Notes: a model not told the origin generated them from the sequence alone. Numbered from the stretch's first letter, positions 1-9,380 are shown. The stretch is 64,000 nucleotides of DNA from an uncultured Verrucomicrobiae bacterium (GCA_963836755.1 CAWIKF010000002.1:192001-256000), one strand, 5' to 3'. Made by a program: numbers and translations.

Positions 1-253
1 TCATCCATCGCTCAAAATACGGGATGACGGCGGCGACTTGCGTCTGCTGGCACATGATCTCGGAGACGAGGATCGCGTAGGGATCGTTCGTGCGGCGCCA
101 CGGGAGGTCGCGTCCGTTTTCTTCAAACCAAGGAATCAACCTTGCGCGGAAATCCGCGTGGCGAAGCGGGGTGGGAGCAAAGTTTTTCGCGAAAGATTTT
201 CTCTCGGCGGCGACGGCTCCTCGCGGTTTAATGCTGGCTCTCGTGTCGGACAA
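1..253 (-). CDS. mutY: A/G-specific adenine glycosylase, N-terminal part (runs off left edge; start uncertain)
   Basis: Not in ORF track; manual translation gives WFEENGRDLPWRRTNDPYAILVSEIMCQQTQVAAVIPYFERWM, the MutY N-terminal signature. TTG at 253 is a possible start. Confidence 0.9.
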   Translation of the reverse strand, partial: MSDTRASIKPRGAVAAERKSFAKNFAPTPLRHADFRARLIPWFEENGRDLPWRRTNDPYAILVSEIMCQQTQVAAVIPYFERWM

Positions 254-1208
254 AGCGCTCACACTTTACACCACTCCGCTGACGGCGGAACAGGCCGCAA
301 AGCTGCGCGAGCTGCTGACGCGCGAGAATTTCGAGTTCGCGCCGAAGCCTCACACGCTCTTTTTTGCGCAGAAGGATCGGCTGACGGCGGCGGTCTACGA
401 GAAGGGGCCGAAGCTGGTGCTGCAAGGGCGCGGCGCGGGGGAGTTCGTGCAGTTCCATCTCGAGCCGGAGGTGCTCGGCGAGGCGAAGCTCGGCTACGAG
501 GAGCTGCACAACCCGGAGATGTTCGCGCCGCATTTCGGCATCGACGAGAGCGGCAAGGGGGACTTCTTCGGCCCGCTCGTGATCGCGGGAGTCTATGTGG
601 ACCGCGGCATCGCAAGGATTTTCCAGGACGCGGGCGTGACCGACAGCAAGCGGATCGGCTCGGACAAAAAAATTAGGGACCTCGCGAAAATCATCAAGAC
701 GACGCACGGCGCCGTGCATAGCGTCGTGGAGATCGGCCCCGCGAAATACAACGAGATGATCGCGCGGAACAAAAACCTGAACCGGGTGCTGGCGTGGGGC
801 CACGCGCGCGTGATCGAGAACTTGCTCGGCCTGCGCAGCGATTGCCCGCGCGCGCTCTCGGATCAATTCGCGAACCCGAAGCTGATCGAGAACGCGCTGA
901 TGGAGCATGGAAAAAAAATCGTGCTCGAGCAGCGGACGAAGGCGGAGTCGGACTTCGCGGTCGCCGCGGCCTCGATCCTGGCGCGCGAGCGTTTCATCGA
1001 CTGGCTGGCGAAAACGGGAAAGCGTTTTGAGAAAACGATCCCACGCGGAGCGTCAGCGCTTGTCAAACAGGTGGCGCGGGAGCTCGTGGCCGCGCATTCG
1101 CCGGAATTGCTGCGCGAGATTGCGAAGACGCATTTCAAAACTGCGTCGGAGATCGACCCGGAACTTTTCCCGCTGGTGGTGCGCCCCCCATTCCAAAAGC
1201 GCGCTTGA
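231..1208 (+). CDS. rnhC: Ribonuclease HIII
   Basis: GIDESGKGDFFGPL, DSKRI, DQF, VAAASILAR motifs plus N-terminal TBP-like domain (VYEKGPKLVLQG). Start at ATG 231 or GTG 243. Confidence 0.92.
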   Translation: MLALVSDKALTLYTTPLTAEQAAKLRELLTRENFEFAPKPHTLFFAQKDRLTAAVYEKGPKLVLQGRGAGEFVQFHLEPEVLGEAKLGYEELHNPEMFAPHFGIDESGKGDFFGPLVIAGVYVDRGIARIFQDAGVTDSKRIGSDKKIRDLAKIIKTTHGAVHSVVEIGPAKYNEMIARNKNLNRVLAWGHARVIENLLGLRSDCPRALSDQFANPKLIENALMEHGKKIVLEQRTKAESDFAVAAASILARERFIDWLAKTGKRFEKTIPRGASALVKQVARELVAAHSPELLREIAKTHFKTASEIDPELFPLVVRPPFQKRA

Positions 1209-1234
1209 TACCGTCGCGCCGGCGGGCTTAACGT
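1205..1234 (+). promoter_or_regulatory. sigma70-like promoter of HU/IHF gene (leaderless)
   Basis: TTGATA-18 bp-TAACGT with ATG 6 nt downstream, no SD. Confidence 0.55.
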
Positions 1235-1240
1235 TGCGCC

Positions 1241-1558
1241 ATGCCAACGCTAACGAAGCGCGACCTCGTTGTGAAAATCAGCAACGAAACCGGCTTGGTG
1301 CAGCATCAGGTGCTCGACGTCGTGCAAAAAACGCTCGACTACATCACCGACGCGCTGGCGTCGGGCGACGTGGTGGAACTGCGGAATTTCGGCATCCTCG
1401 AGGTGAAACTCACGAAGCAGCGCGTCGGCCGGAATCCGAACGTGCCCGGCAGCCAATTCATCATTCCGGCGCGTGCGACGGTGAAATTCAAGAGCGGCAA
1501 AATCATGCGGCAGCGCGTGGAAAAGTTGTCGGCGGTGATGAAGCGCGGCAAAGCTTAG
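1241..1558 (+). CDS. HU/IHF-family DNA-binding protein
   Basis: LTKRDLV...VELRNFG...GRNPN...IPARATVKFKSGK. Confidence 0.93.
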   Translation: MPTLTKRDLVVKISNETGLVQHQVLDVVQKTLDYITDALASGDVVELRNFGILEVKLTKQRVGRNPNVPGSQFIIPARATVKFKSGKIMRQRVEKLSAVMKRGKA

Positions 1559-1574
1559 CGTTTAACAAGCGGCG

Positions 1575-2864
1575 TCACGCGGCGCGAATCGCGGACGGAA
1601 CGAGGATGGCGTCGCGCATGCCGTGCAGCAACTTTTTGTCGGGCGGACAGATCGTCGCGAGCGCGCCTCGCAGCTCGGCTTTCCCGCCAATGATGAAGTA
1701 ATACGGGCAGAGCCGCACGCGACCCGACATCGTGCGCATCTCGCTTTTCTCGCGATCAAAGTAGGGATGCTCGAAAAGCCGGCCTTTGTGGAAGCGCTGC
1801 AAAATGTAGGGATGCGTGTCGAAATCGCGCAGCGCATTTTCGAGCGCGGCCTGCCATTCGTGCTGCGGCATATCGGCGGCGAGCGAGACGCCGCGGCTGC
1901 CCCACGCGAGCTCGGAAAAGCCGCTGATTTTTAAAATCAACTCGCGCTGCTTTTGCGAAAAGTGGCCCAGCTCGCGCCAATCCTGAATCCCAAGTTCGGG
2001 AATCACCGCGTGCTGCGGCAGCGGCGTCGGATCGACGATCCATGTGTAAGGAATCGCTTCCTGCAGTTTGAAAAAATGGCGCTCGCCGATTTCACGCCGC
2101 CAAAATTCCCGCAGCGGCCGGAGCCAGAAAAGTGCAAACCACATTTTTTCCTCAAGGTAAGGCTTGAACGGCGGCGTAACGGTCACATCGCCCGCGAGGG
2201 CTGATGCCATCAGGCTTTGCGCCGATGGCAGACTCGGAAGATCGAACAGCTCAAAGAAGCGATAGACCGAACTTTTACCCGGCGAAAAGTTTTCTGCATC
2301 GCGCACGGTCACGCTTCCGCCGAGCTGCTGCGCGAGCCATTCCATCTCGGGTCGATACGTGGCGGACTCGCGCGAAATGGCAATCTCGCCGTCGCCAATA
2401 ATCGCGCCGAAGCCATCGATCATGCCGCGCGCGCCGCCGAGCACTTCCTGGCCGAGCGCGGCGTAGTTTTGATTCAGCCATGCGGTGAGGCCGATGCCGC
2501 CCGGCACGGTGTCGAGCTCCGCGATCGTGAAGCCGTTTTCGGTGAGCACGAGATCGGGCCGGAGCACGCGCGGCAGCTCATCGCGGAATTTTTTTTGCCG
2601 CGCGAATTCGATCAGCTCCGCCGGTTTGCCGCGATCGAGATAATCGGCGATCCACGCCGGTTGCCGGCCGGTGATGCTGAGGTGGTAAAGTAAATTGCAC
2701 GCGCGCTGAAAAAGGTTCAGGCGGTAGCCGAGCTTCTCGAGCTCATCGACGAATCTTGCGTCGAGCGGAAAAGCCTCGGGCGAAATCAGCCACTCCTTTT
2801 CGGCGAACAAACCTTCGCGCGGCATTGCGGCGCGCACCGCTTCCACTTTTTCCTGCGCGGTCAT
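1575..2864 (-). CDS. Uncharacterised circularly permuted ATP-grasp-like (glutathionylspermidine synthase-like) protein
   Basis: RPDLVLT..AELDTVPGGIG, EEK, LILK..G..AWGSRGV, YILQRF, RVRLCPY motif order. Confidence 0.55.
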   Translation of the reverse strand: MTAQEKVEAVRAAMPREGLFAEKEWLISPEAFPLDARFVDELEKLGYRLNLFQRACNLLYHLSITGRQPAWIADYLDRGKPAELIEFARQKKFRDELPRVLRPDLVLTENGFTIAELDTVPGGIGLTAWLNQNYAALGQEVLGGARGMIDGFGAIIGDGEIAISRESATYRPEMEWLAQQLGGSVTVRDAENFSPGKSSVYRFFELFDLPSLPSAQSLMASALAGDVTVTPPFKPYLEEKMWFALFWLRPLREFWRREIGERHFFKLQEAIPYTWIVDPTPLPQHAVIPELGIQDWRELGHFSQKQRELILKISGFSELAWGSRGVSLAADMPQHEWQAALENALRDFDTHPYILQRFHKGRLFEHPYFDREKSEMRTMSGRVRLCPYYFIIGGKAELRGALATICPPDKKLLHGMRDAILVPSAIRAA

Positions 2865-2919
2865 GCGAAGTCAATTTGGAGCATGTTTCGGTGAAACGGA
2901 TTCTGCGCGGCGCACGCGC

Positions 2920-3522
2920 TTAAATCATCAGCTTCAAAGCCTGCCGCACCAGCTCCTCAGCGCTTTGTCCGGCATTCGCGCCCGCGGCCTGCTTGACCGA
3001 TTTGTGCGCATCCACTTGTTTATACCCGAGTGAAATAAGCGCCAGCACAGCGTCGTTGACATTCGCCTCCTCCGCGGACGGCGCGTGCGCGGCACTGGCC
3101 GCTTCCCACGCGGCGGCGACGCCGACTTTGTCCTTGAGTTCGAGCACGATTCGCTCGGCGGTTTTTTTGCCGACGCCTTTCACTTTTGCAATGGCGTCGG
3201 TCGCGTTGTTGACGACCGCGCTTTTAAAATTCGTCACGCTCATCCCGCTCAAAACCGCGAGCGCCATCTTCGGGCCGATGCCGGAAACGTGGTTGACGAG
3301 CAGTCGGAAAAGATCGCGCTCCGCGTGCGACATGAACCCGAAAAGCACGTGCGCATCCTCGCGGACCTGCAGATGCGTGAGGATTTTGATCGGCGCGCCG
3401 AGCGCCGGCAGACGGTCGAAACTCGACAGCGGAATGAGCACCTGATAGCCAACGCCATTCACCGCCACCGCGATTTGCGTCGGCAGCGCCTCCACCAAAA
3501 TGCCATCCAGGAACGTGATCAT
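2920..3522 (-). CDS. ruvA: Holliday junction branch migration protein RuvA
   Basis: MITFLDG..VNGVGY..HLQVREDA..VSGIGPK..GVGKKTAERIVLELKDK..ALISLGY. Confidence 0.96.
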   Translation of the reverse strand: MITFLDGILVEALPTQIAVAVNGVGYQVLIPLSSFDRLPALGAPIKILTHLQVREDAHVLFGFMSHAERDLFRLLVNHVSGIGPKMALAVLSGMSVTNFKSAVVNNATDAIAKVKGVGKKTAERIVLELKDKVGVAAAWEAASAAHAPSAEEANVNDAVLALISLGYKQVDAHKSVKQAAGANAGQSAEELVRQALKLMI

Positions 3523-3553
3523 CGAAACGCGGATTCTCCGCGCGCGGCGGGCA

Positions 3554-4135
3554 ATGGGAAGATTTTTCGTCGTCGCTTTTTTGGCCGCCGCGACCGCGCG
3601 CGCGCAGACCGACGCGAAGCAATGGCACGTGCTGATCGAGCCAAAGTTCATGCATCCCGAAGTGGCGTTTCCGATTCCCGACGCCGAGCGGACAGTGCTC
3701 GTGCCGGGCTGGCTCGCGGACGGCGAGCTGCATTATTTTTCAAAGGCGCAATTCGACGCGCTGAAGACAAGCTGGGCGGCGTTCCAGGCAAAGTCGCGTG
3801 AAAATCGGACTGACAACAAAGTCAAAGCGAATCTCGCGCGCGGCGCGAAAAAAGTGATCGAGTATGCGGCGATCACTTCCGACAGTCCGCTGACAGCGAC
3901 CGCAGTTTTGTCGCCAGATTTTCTGAAAAAGTTTGCTGACGTTTTCGGCGCGAAATTGCTCGTCGCGATTCCAAACCGATACACGATTTTCGTGTTTCCA
4001 TCGCTGGCGACGAACTATCGCGATTACGCGCCGATGATCCTCAGCGCGTATCACAACTCGGCTTATCCCGTGAGCCTCGAGATCTTCGAACTCAGCGCCG
4101 ACGGCTTGCGCTCGGTCGGCGAATTCGAGGAATAA
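3554..4135 (+). CDS. Hypothetical exported protein
   Basis: Signal-peptide-like MGRFFVVAFLAAATARA; host-like codon usage. Confidence 0.7.
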   Translation: MGRFFVVAFLAAATARAQTDAKQWHVLIEPKFMHPEVAFPIPDAERTVLVPGWLADGELHYFSKAQFDALKTSWAAFQAKSRENRTDNKVKANLARGAKKVIEYAAITSDSPLTATAVLSPDFLKKFADVFGAKLLVAIPNRYTIFVFPSLATNYRDYAPMILSAYHNSAYPVSLEIFELSADGLRSVGEFEE

Positions 4136-4140
4136 ATCCG

Positions 4141-5679
4141 CTACGAAAGCCGCACATACGCGGCGAGTCCGTGGACGCCGCCTTCGCGCCCGAAGCCGCT
4201 TTCCTTGTAGCCGCCGAACGGCGAAGTGGGATCAAACTTATTGTAAGTATTCGCCCAGACCACGCCGGCACGCAGCTTCGAGACGACCTTGAAAATCTTT
4301 GAGCCTTTGTCGGTCCAGACGCCGGCGCTTAGGCCGAACGGCGTGTTATTCGCCCGCTCGATCGCCTCTTCCGGCGTGCGAAAAGTCATCACGCTCAACA
4401 CCGGCCCGAAAATTTCCTCGCGCGCGATGCGATGCGTCGCGGTGACTCCGGTGAAAAAACTCGGCGGATACCAAAACCCGCGCTCGGGCAGCTCGCAGCG
4501 CGACTGCACGAGTTCCGCGCCTTCACTCACGCCGCTGTCCACGAGCTCGCGAATTTTTTCCAGCTGCATTTTTGAATTGATCGCGCCGATGTCGGAATTT
4601 TTGTCGAGCGGATCGCCGACGCGCAGCGTGGAAATGCGGTCGCGCAATTTTCGGATCACGGTCGGAAAAATCGATTCCTGCACGAGCAGCCGCGAGCCGG
4701 CGCAGCAGACATGGCCTTGGTTGAAATAGATGCCGCTGATGATCCCCTCGATCGCCTGGTCGATCGGCGCGTCTTCCATCAAAATGTTCGCGGCCTTGCC
4801 GCCGAGCTCGAGCGTCAACTTTTTCTTCGAGCCCGCGAGCGACTTTGCGATGAGCTTGCCGACATCGGTCGAGCCGGTGAATGCAATTTTGTTTACATCC
4901 TCGTGCTCGACGAGTGCGCGGCCGGTTTCGCCCGCGCCGGTGATGATGTTCACGACGCCATCGGGCAGCTCAGCTTCCGCAAAAATCCGCGCGAGATGCA
5001 TCGCGCTGATGCTGGTGGTCTCAGCAGGTTTTAAAACAACCGTATTACCGCACGCGAGCGCCGGCGCGAGCTTCCAGGCGGCCATGAGCAGCGGAAAATT
5101 CCACGGGATGATCTGCCCGCAAACACCCAGCGGACGGGCTTTGCGGCCGGGAAAGGCGTAGTCGAGCTTGTCGCACCAGCCGGCGTGGTAAAAGAAATGC
5201 GCAGCGACCAGCGGCAGATCCACGTCGCGCGATTCCTTGATCGTCTTGCCGCCGTCCATCGTCTCGATGATCGCGAGCTCGCGCGCTTTCTCCTGGATGA
5301 TCCGCGCGATGCGAAAGAGATATTTTCCGCGCTCGCTGCCCAGCATTTTGCTCCAGACTTTTTCGTAGGCGCGTCGCGCTGCGTTAACGGCGCGGTCAAC
5401 ATCCGTTGCATCCGCCTGCGCGATGTCCGCCAGTTTTTTTTCGGTCGCCGGGTTGATAGACGGGAAATATTTTGCCGAATGCGGCGCGATGAATTTTCCG
5501 TCGATGAACAATTCGTAGCGCGCATCGATTTTGACCGGCGCGCTTTCCGGCGCGGGCGCGTAAGGCCACTTGCCTCCAAAGTTCAGCCGGCGTTCCGCGG
5601 GCGCGAGCGCTGCGTTTGGATGCGTGGAAATTTCTGCGGCGCTGACGACGACTGCGCCGTGAGGGGACTTGCGGGACAT
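4141..5679 (-). CDS. Aldehyde dehydrogenase (DeoC-associated type)
   Basis: IIPWNFP, FTGST, LELGGK, GHVCCAGSR, EEIFGP, PFGGYKESG; N-terminal YAPAPES. Confidence 0.95.
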   Translation of the reverse strand: MSRKSPHGAVVVSAAEISTHPNAALAPAERRLNFGGKWPYAPAPESAPVKIDARYELFIDGKFIAPHSAKYFPSINPATEKKLADIAQADATDVDRAVNAARRAYEKVWSKMLGSERGKYLFRIARIIQEKARELAIIETMDGGKTIKESRDVDLPLVAAHFFYHAGWCDKLDYAFPGRKARPLGVCGQIIPWNFPLLMAAWKLAPALACGNTVVLKPAETTSISAMHLARIFAEAELPDGVVNIITGAGETGRALVEHEDVNKIAFTGSTDVGKLIAKSLAGSKKKLTLELGGKAANILMEDAPIDQAIEGIISGIYFNQGHVCCAGSRLLVQESIFPTVIRKLRDRISTLRVGDPLDKNSDIGAINSKMQLEKIRELVDSGVSEGAELVQSRCELPERGFWYPPSFFTGVTATHRIAREEIFGPVLSVMTFRTPEEAIERANNTPFGLSAGVWTDKGSKIFKVVSKLRAGVVWANTYNKFDPTSPFGGYKESGFGREGGVHGLAAYVRLS

Positions 5680-5751
5680 GCCCAAGCGTGGCGCGCACGA
5701 GCGCGAAGGTCAAAAAGGTTTTTGAAAAAGCTCGCCGCGCGCGCCAGCCGG

Positions 5752-5780
5752 TTGACGCATAGGAAGCTGGAGTTTACGCT
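5752..5780 (+). promoter_or_regulatory. sigma70-like promoter
   Basis: TTGACG-17 bp-TACGCT, 9 nt before GTG start of glutaredoxin. Confidence 0.6.
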
Positions 5781-5789
5781 CTCCAAACA

Positions 5790-6041
5790 GTGTCGGCAGC
5801 TTTGCGTTTATATGTCAAAACATGGTGCCCGTGGTGCGTCCGCGCCGTGCGGCAGCTGCAGAAAAGCGGCTATGAGTTTGAAGAGATCGACGTCGAGGCT
5901 GACCGCGCCGCTTATGCGGAAATGATCCGCCTTTCCGGTCAAACTTATACGCCGACGCTGGAAGTCGATGGCAAAGTGCTCGCCGACTTTGGTCCTGAAG
6001 AGCTCGACAATTTCCTTAAACAAAATCAAATCAAACCGTAG
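5790..6041 (+). CDS. Glutaredoxin/NrdH-like protein
   Basis: CPWC motif, SGQTYTPTL. Confidence 0.88.
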   Translation: MSAALRLYVKTWCPWCVRAVRQLQKSGYEFEEIDVEADRAAYAEMIRLSGQTYTPTLEVDGKVLADFGPEELDNFLKQNQIKP

Positions 6042-6053
6042 CACATTGTTTTC

Positions 6054-6872
6054 ATGATTCCGCACCTCATGCTCATCGTGGGCGTCGCCATTTTCAGCAT
6101 GGCGCTGCGCACTTATGCGCATGCCGTGCCGCAAAAACTCGGCGCGATCGGAATCTTCGCGACTTCGTTTTTGATCGGCTGGCTGCTGAGCGGCTACGTG
6201 CTCGTGGGAATTTTTTGCGCGTGCAGCTGGCTGCTGCTGCCGTGGCTGGAAATCCTCACGCGCATCCGGCGGCTGCGGCTGCCGATCGAAAAAAATCTGC
6301 GGCATAAATCACCGCCGCCGCGCGATGCTTTCCCAGCGCTCGGCGAGCTGACGGACGAGGTCGAGGGCGAGAAATTCGAGCACGTCGACGACGTCGGCTG
6401 GGACTGGGATGATTACCAGCAGTTCTTCCGCCTTTATTATAAGACGCAGGAGCGGACGCAGGCGGCGATTTGCCTGATCGACCAGCAGGAGGTCGCGTTT
6501 TATTACCTGAGCCTTTCGTCGCGCGCGCGAGATGGGAAGATCTGGACGACGTGGAATTATCCCTTTTCCTACAGCTTAAAACTCGCGCCGCAATTGCGCA
6601 TCAACCGGCTGCGCGCCGATCACACTTTTCTCGAGCTCTATGAAAGCCACCGCGCGTGGCTGCGGCGGCACGAAGTGGCCGTGGATCAGCTCCAGGAGCT
6701 GGATGCGGGCAAAATCCAAACCGAGATTCAGCAGGATTTGCGCGCGCAAATTTTGCACAACATCGCGAAGGGCGTGCTGACTGAAACGGCTGAAGGGCAC
6801 ATCCGTTATTCGTGGCGCGGGCTGTTTTTTATTTGGTTCCAATTCCTGCGCGATCTCGTGCGACTTTCATGA
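6054..6872 (+). CDS. Hypothetical membrane protein
   Basis: N-terminal hydrophobic helices; ATGA overlap with deoC. Confidence 0.75.
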   Translation: MIPHLMLIVGVAIFSMALRTYAHAVPQKLGAIGIFATSFLIGWLLSGYVLVGIFCACSWLLLPWLEILTRIRRLRLPIEKNLRHKSPPPRDAFPALGELTDEVEGEKFEHVDDVGWDWDDYQQFFRLYYKTQERTQAAICLIDQQEVAFYYLSLSSRARDGKIWTTWNYPFSYSLKLAPQLRINRLRADHTFLELYESHRAWLRRHEVAVDQLQELDAGKIQTEIQQDLRAQILHNIAKGVLTETAEGHIRYSWRGLFFIWFQFLRDLVRLS

Positions 6873-7786
6873 AAACTCTTGCTTCTTCCAAACGCCCTCG
6901 CGCCGCGGATTTGACCACGATCGACCAGGTGATGGTCGAGGAACGCGCTGCCTCTTTTTCAAAAAGGAGCATCAAGGCCGGCGCGAAACTCGCAGGGCTA
7001 AAGATGGTCGTTTCGATGATGGATTTGACGACTTTGGAGGGCAAAGACACGCCGGGCAAAGTTGCCTATCTTTGCCGCAAGGCGATGTCGCCGCTCGATG
7101 CGCATTACGGCGCGCCGCGCTGCGCGGCGGTGTGCGTTTATCCGAATCTCGTGCGCGCGGCGAAAATGTTTGTGCGTGGAAGCAAGGTTCGCGTCGCGGC
7201 TGTGGCGACGGCGTTTCCGAGCGGCCAGATGCCGCTGCCGGTGAAGCTCGAAGATACGCGGCTCGCGATCGAGGAAGGCGCGGATGAGATCGACATGGTG
7301 ATCGATCGGGGCGCTTTTTTGGCGGGCGATCACGACAAGGTTTTCGATGAAATCGCGGCGACGAAAGAAGTCTGCGGCGAGACGCATTTGAAAGTGATTT
7401 TGGAAACGGGCGAACTCGGCAGCTACGATCAAGTGCGGCTCGCCAGCGACATCGCGATGCGCGCCGGCGGCGATTTCATCAAGACTTCCACCGGGAAAGT
7501 CACGCCCGCCGCGACGATGCCTGTGACATTGATCATGCTCGAGGCGATTCGCGATTATTTTTACCAAACCGGAATCCGCATCGGCATGAAACCGGCGGGC
7601 GGGATCAAGACGGCGAAGGAAGCGCTCGCTTATCTCGTGATGGTGAAGGAAACGCTCGGCGACGACTGGCTCTCGCCGGAGCTGTTTCGCTTCGGCGCGA
7701 GCACCTTGGCGAATGACGTGCTCATGCAGATTGTTAAAAGTGTGGAGGGGAATTACCAGGGCGCCGATTATTTTTCGTTGCCGTAA
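6869..7786 (+). CDS. deoC: Deoxyribose-phosphate aldolase
   Basis: DLTTL, AAVCVYP, GADEIDMVI, LKVILETGEL, FIKTSTGK, KPAGGI, RFGAS. Confidence 0.96.
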   Translation: MKTLASSKRPRAADLTTIDQVMVEERAASFSKRSIKAGAKLAGLKMVVSMMDLTTLEGKDTPGKVAYLCRKAMSPLDAHYGAPRCAAVCVYPNLVRAAKMFVRGSKVRVAAVATAFPSGQMPLPVKLEDTRLAIEEGADEIDMVIDRGAFLAGDHDKVFDEIAATKEVCGETHLKVILETGELGSYDQVRLASDIAMRAGGDFIKTSTGKVTPAATMPVTLIMLEAIRDYFYQTGIRIGMKPAGGIKTAKEALAYLVMVKETLGDDWLSPELFRFGASTLANDVLMQIVKSVEGNYQGADYFSLP

Positions 7787-7851
7787 AAGTTGGATGAATC
7801 AGCGGCGTTAAATTACGCGCGCGCAACGCATTGTTTTCGTATTGAGAAGCA

Positions 7852-7971
7852 ATGAAAGTGAACCTCAAAAAAATTCGTGAGGCCGGTGCTGCCGGCTATA
7901 TGCTGCTTTGGTTGCTTGGCGTGCCGATTCCGGTGTTGTTCGTCATCTTTTTGCTGCGCGGATGCTCGTAA
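7852..7971 (+). CDS. 39-aa small membrane protein
   Basis: Manual translation MKVNLKKIREAGAAGYMLLWLLGVPIPVLFVIFLLRGCS; below ORF-track cutoff; single TM. Confidence 0.7.
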   Translation: MKVNLKKIREAGAAGYMLLWLLGVPIPVLFVIFLLRGCS

Positions 7972-8135
7972 AATAAATCTTGCGTCCGCCGCTCGTCCTC
8001 GTCATGTTCGCCACCAAACAGCACAGATGCATTCGGGAATGCGGGATTGTCAGTTGAGTAATTTCAGTGACGATTTGAAATCCGAAGACCGGATACCGTC
8101 ACCGAAGTTTTCTTTGCTCTACAAATAGAATCGAT

Positions 8136-8531
8136 ATGGGAAACAAACTCTACATTGGCAACCTGCCATTCAACGCGACTGAAACCGACTTGCAAGACCT
8201 GTTCGCACAGGCTGGGCCCGTCAGCGAGGTGATGCTGATGCAGGATAAATTCACCGGAAAATCGCGCGGATTCGCATTCGTCACCATGGCGAGCGAAGCC
8301 GATGCGCAAGCGGCGATCACACAATTCAACGGCAAACAATTTGAAGGCCGCGCACTCACAGTCAACGAAGCTCGTCCTCGCGAGGAACGCAGCGGCGGTG
8401 GCGGTGGCGGTGGCGGTTATCGCGGCGGCGGTGGTGGGGGCGGAGGAGGCGGACGCGGCGGTTATGGCGGCGGCGGTGGTGGGGGCGGACGTGGAGGCGG
8501 CGGCGATCGTCGCGACTCGCGCCGTTACTAA
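8136..8531 (+). CDS. RRM RNA-binding protein with Gly-rich/RGG tail
   Basis: RNP2 LYIGNL, RNP1 RGFAFVTM, LTVNEARPRE. Confidence 0.95.
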   Translation: MGNKLYIGNLPFNATETDLQDLFAQAGPVSEVMLMQDKFTGKSRGFAFVTMASEADAQAAITQFNGKQFEGRALTVNEARPREERSGGGGGGGGYRGGGGGGGGGGRGGYGGGGGGGGRGGGGDRRDSRRY

Positions 8532-8551
8532 ACCGGAACTTCGAACGATTT

Positions 8552-8587
8552 AAAAAAGCGCGGCGTGTTCAGCACGCCGCGCTTTTT
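8552..8587. terminator. Bidirectional intrinsic terminator
   Basis: AAAAAA-GCGCGGCGTG-ttcag-CACGCCGCGC-TTTTT between convergent genes. Confidence 0.9.
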
Positions 8588-9380
8588 AACGTCCGAAAAA
8601 CCACCAGCCGTGCCGCGCTGGTGGATTGGATGAGGCGATTTGCTCGGCGGGTTGAGCGTGAGCGACATGTGCAATCGGACGCGCGGATCTCCTAACGACA
8701 GGCCTCGGCGGCGGCGTTCCAAAAACGTGAACGATCGAACCGACCTCGGCTGTAGCGTAAAATAACCGCGCTTTTGACGCCGGCATCCGCACGCATCCGT
8801 GCGACGCGGCGTAGCCAGGCAAAATCCCGGCATGCATGCCCGCCGCGCCGTCAAATCGCATGAAATATTTCATCGGCGCTGGCTTAAACATGCAGCCTTT
8901 CGGCACTGCCATGGCAGAATCGGCGCCGGAAATCACTACTCGTCCTGTCGCCTTCTCCACGATCTGCCCATAAAGGTTTGAAAAATGATTCGGATCTTTT
9001 TCCAGCACTTCGAAATCTCCGGTCGGCGTGAGATGTCCGACGCGACCGCTTGAGATTGGCGACTCGTAAACACGGTGGCCATCGTGCAGCAGATACGCTT
9101 TTTGTTCCCGCAAATCGATCTCGATGGAAATCGCCGACTTTGGCTTCGGCCGCGGCGTGGCAGCCGGTGTGGGCGGCGCGATATCGGTGGATAAAGGCGG
9201 AACGTTCGCCTGGTCCGTAGCGGGCGCGGTCTGTTCCGTCGGTTTCATCGGATTCGGCGGCGCGAAAGCGGCGGCGGGAGCTGGCGAAGAAATCGTGGCG
9301 GCGTCCTGCGAAAGTGCGCATGGACTCGCGCAGCAAATAAACCAAAACGCGACCCAGCGAAAACGAAGCGGATTTGGCAT
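8586..9380 (-). CDS. L,D-transpeptidase (YkuD family)
   Basis: IEIDLREQ, SPISSG..TPTG, GMHAG..ASHGCVRM; signal peptide and Pro-rich linker. Confidence 0.9.
   Translation of the reverse strand: MPNPLRFRWVAFWFICCASPCALSQDAATISSPAPAAAFAPPNPMKPTEQTAPATDQANVPPLSTDIAPPTPAATPRPKPKSAISIEIDLREQKAYLLHDGHRVYESPISSGRVGHLTPTGDFEVLEKDPNHFSNLYGQIVEKATGRVVISGADSAMAVPKGCMFKPAPMKYFMRFDGAAGMHAGILPGYAASHGCVRMPASKARLFYATAEVGSIVHVFGTPPPRPVVRRSARPIAHVAHAQPAEQIASSNPPARHGWWFFGR

Noticed and set aside
2885..2899. parS-like TGTTTCGGTGAAACG
   Set aside because: One base short in the centre, so the palindrome spacing is wrong
7877..8128. 83-aa Cys-rich track ORF
   Set aside because: Alternative frame over the 39-aa membrane ORF and the RRM leader
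8390..8510. GGC/GGT low-complexity repeat
   Set aside because: Encodes the ordinary Gly-rich tail of the RRM protein
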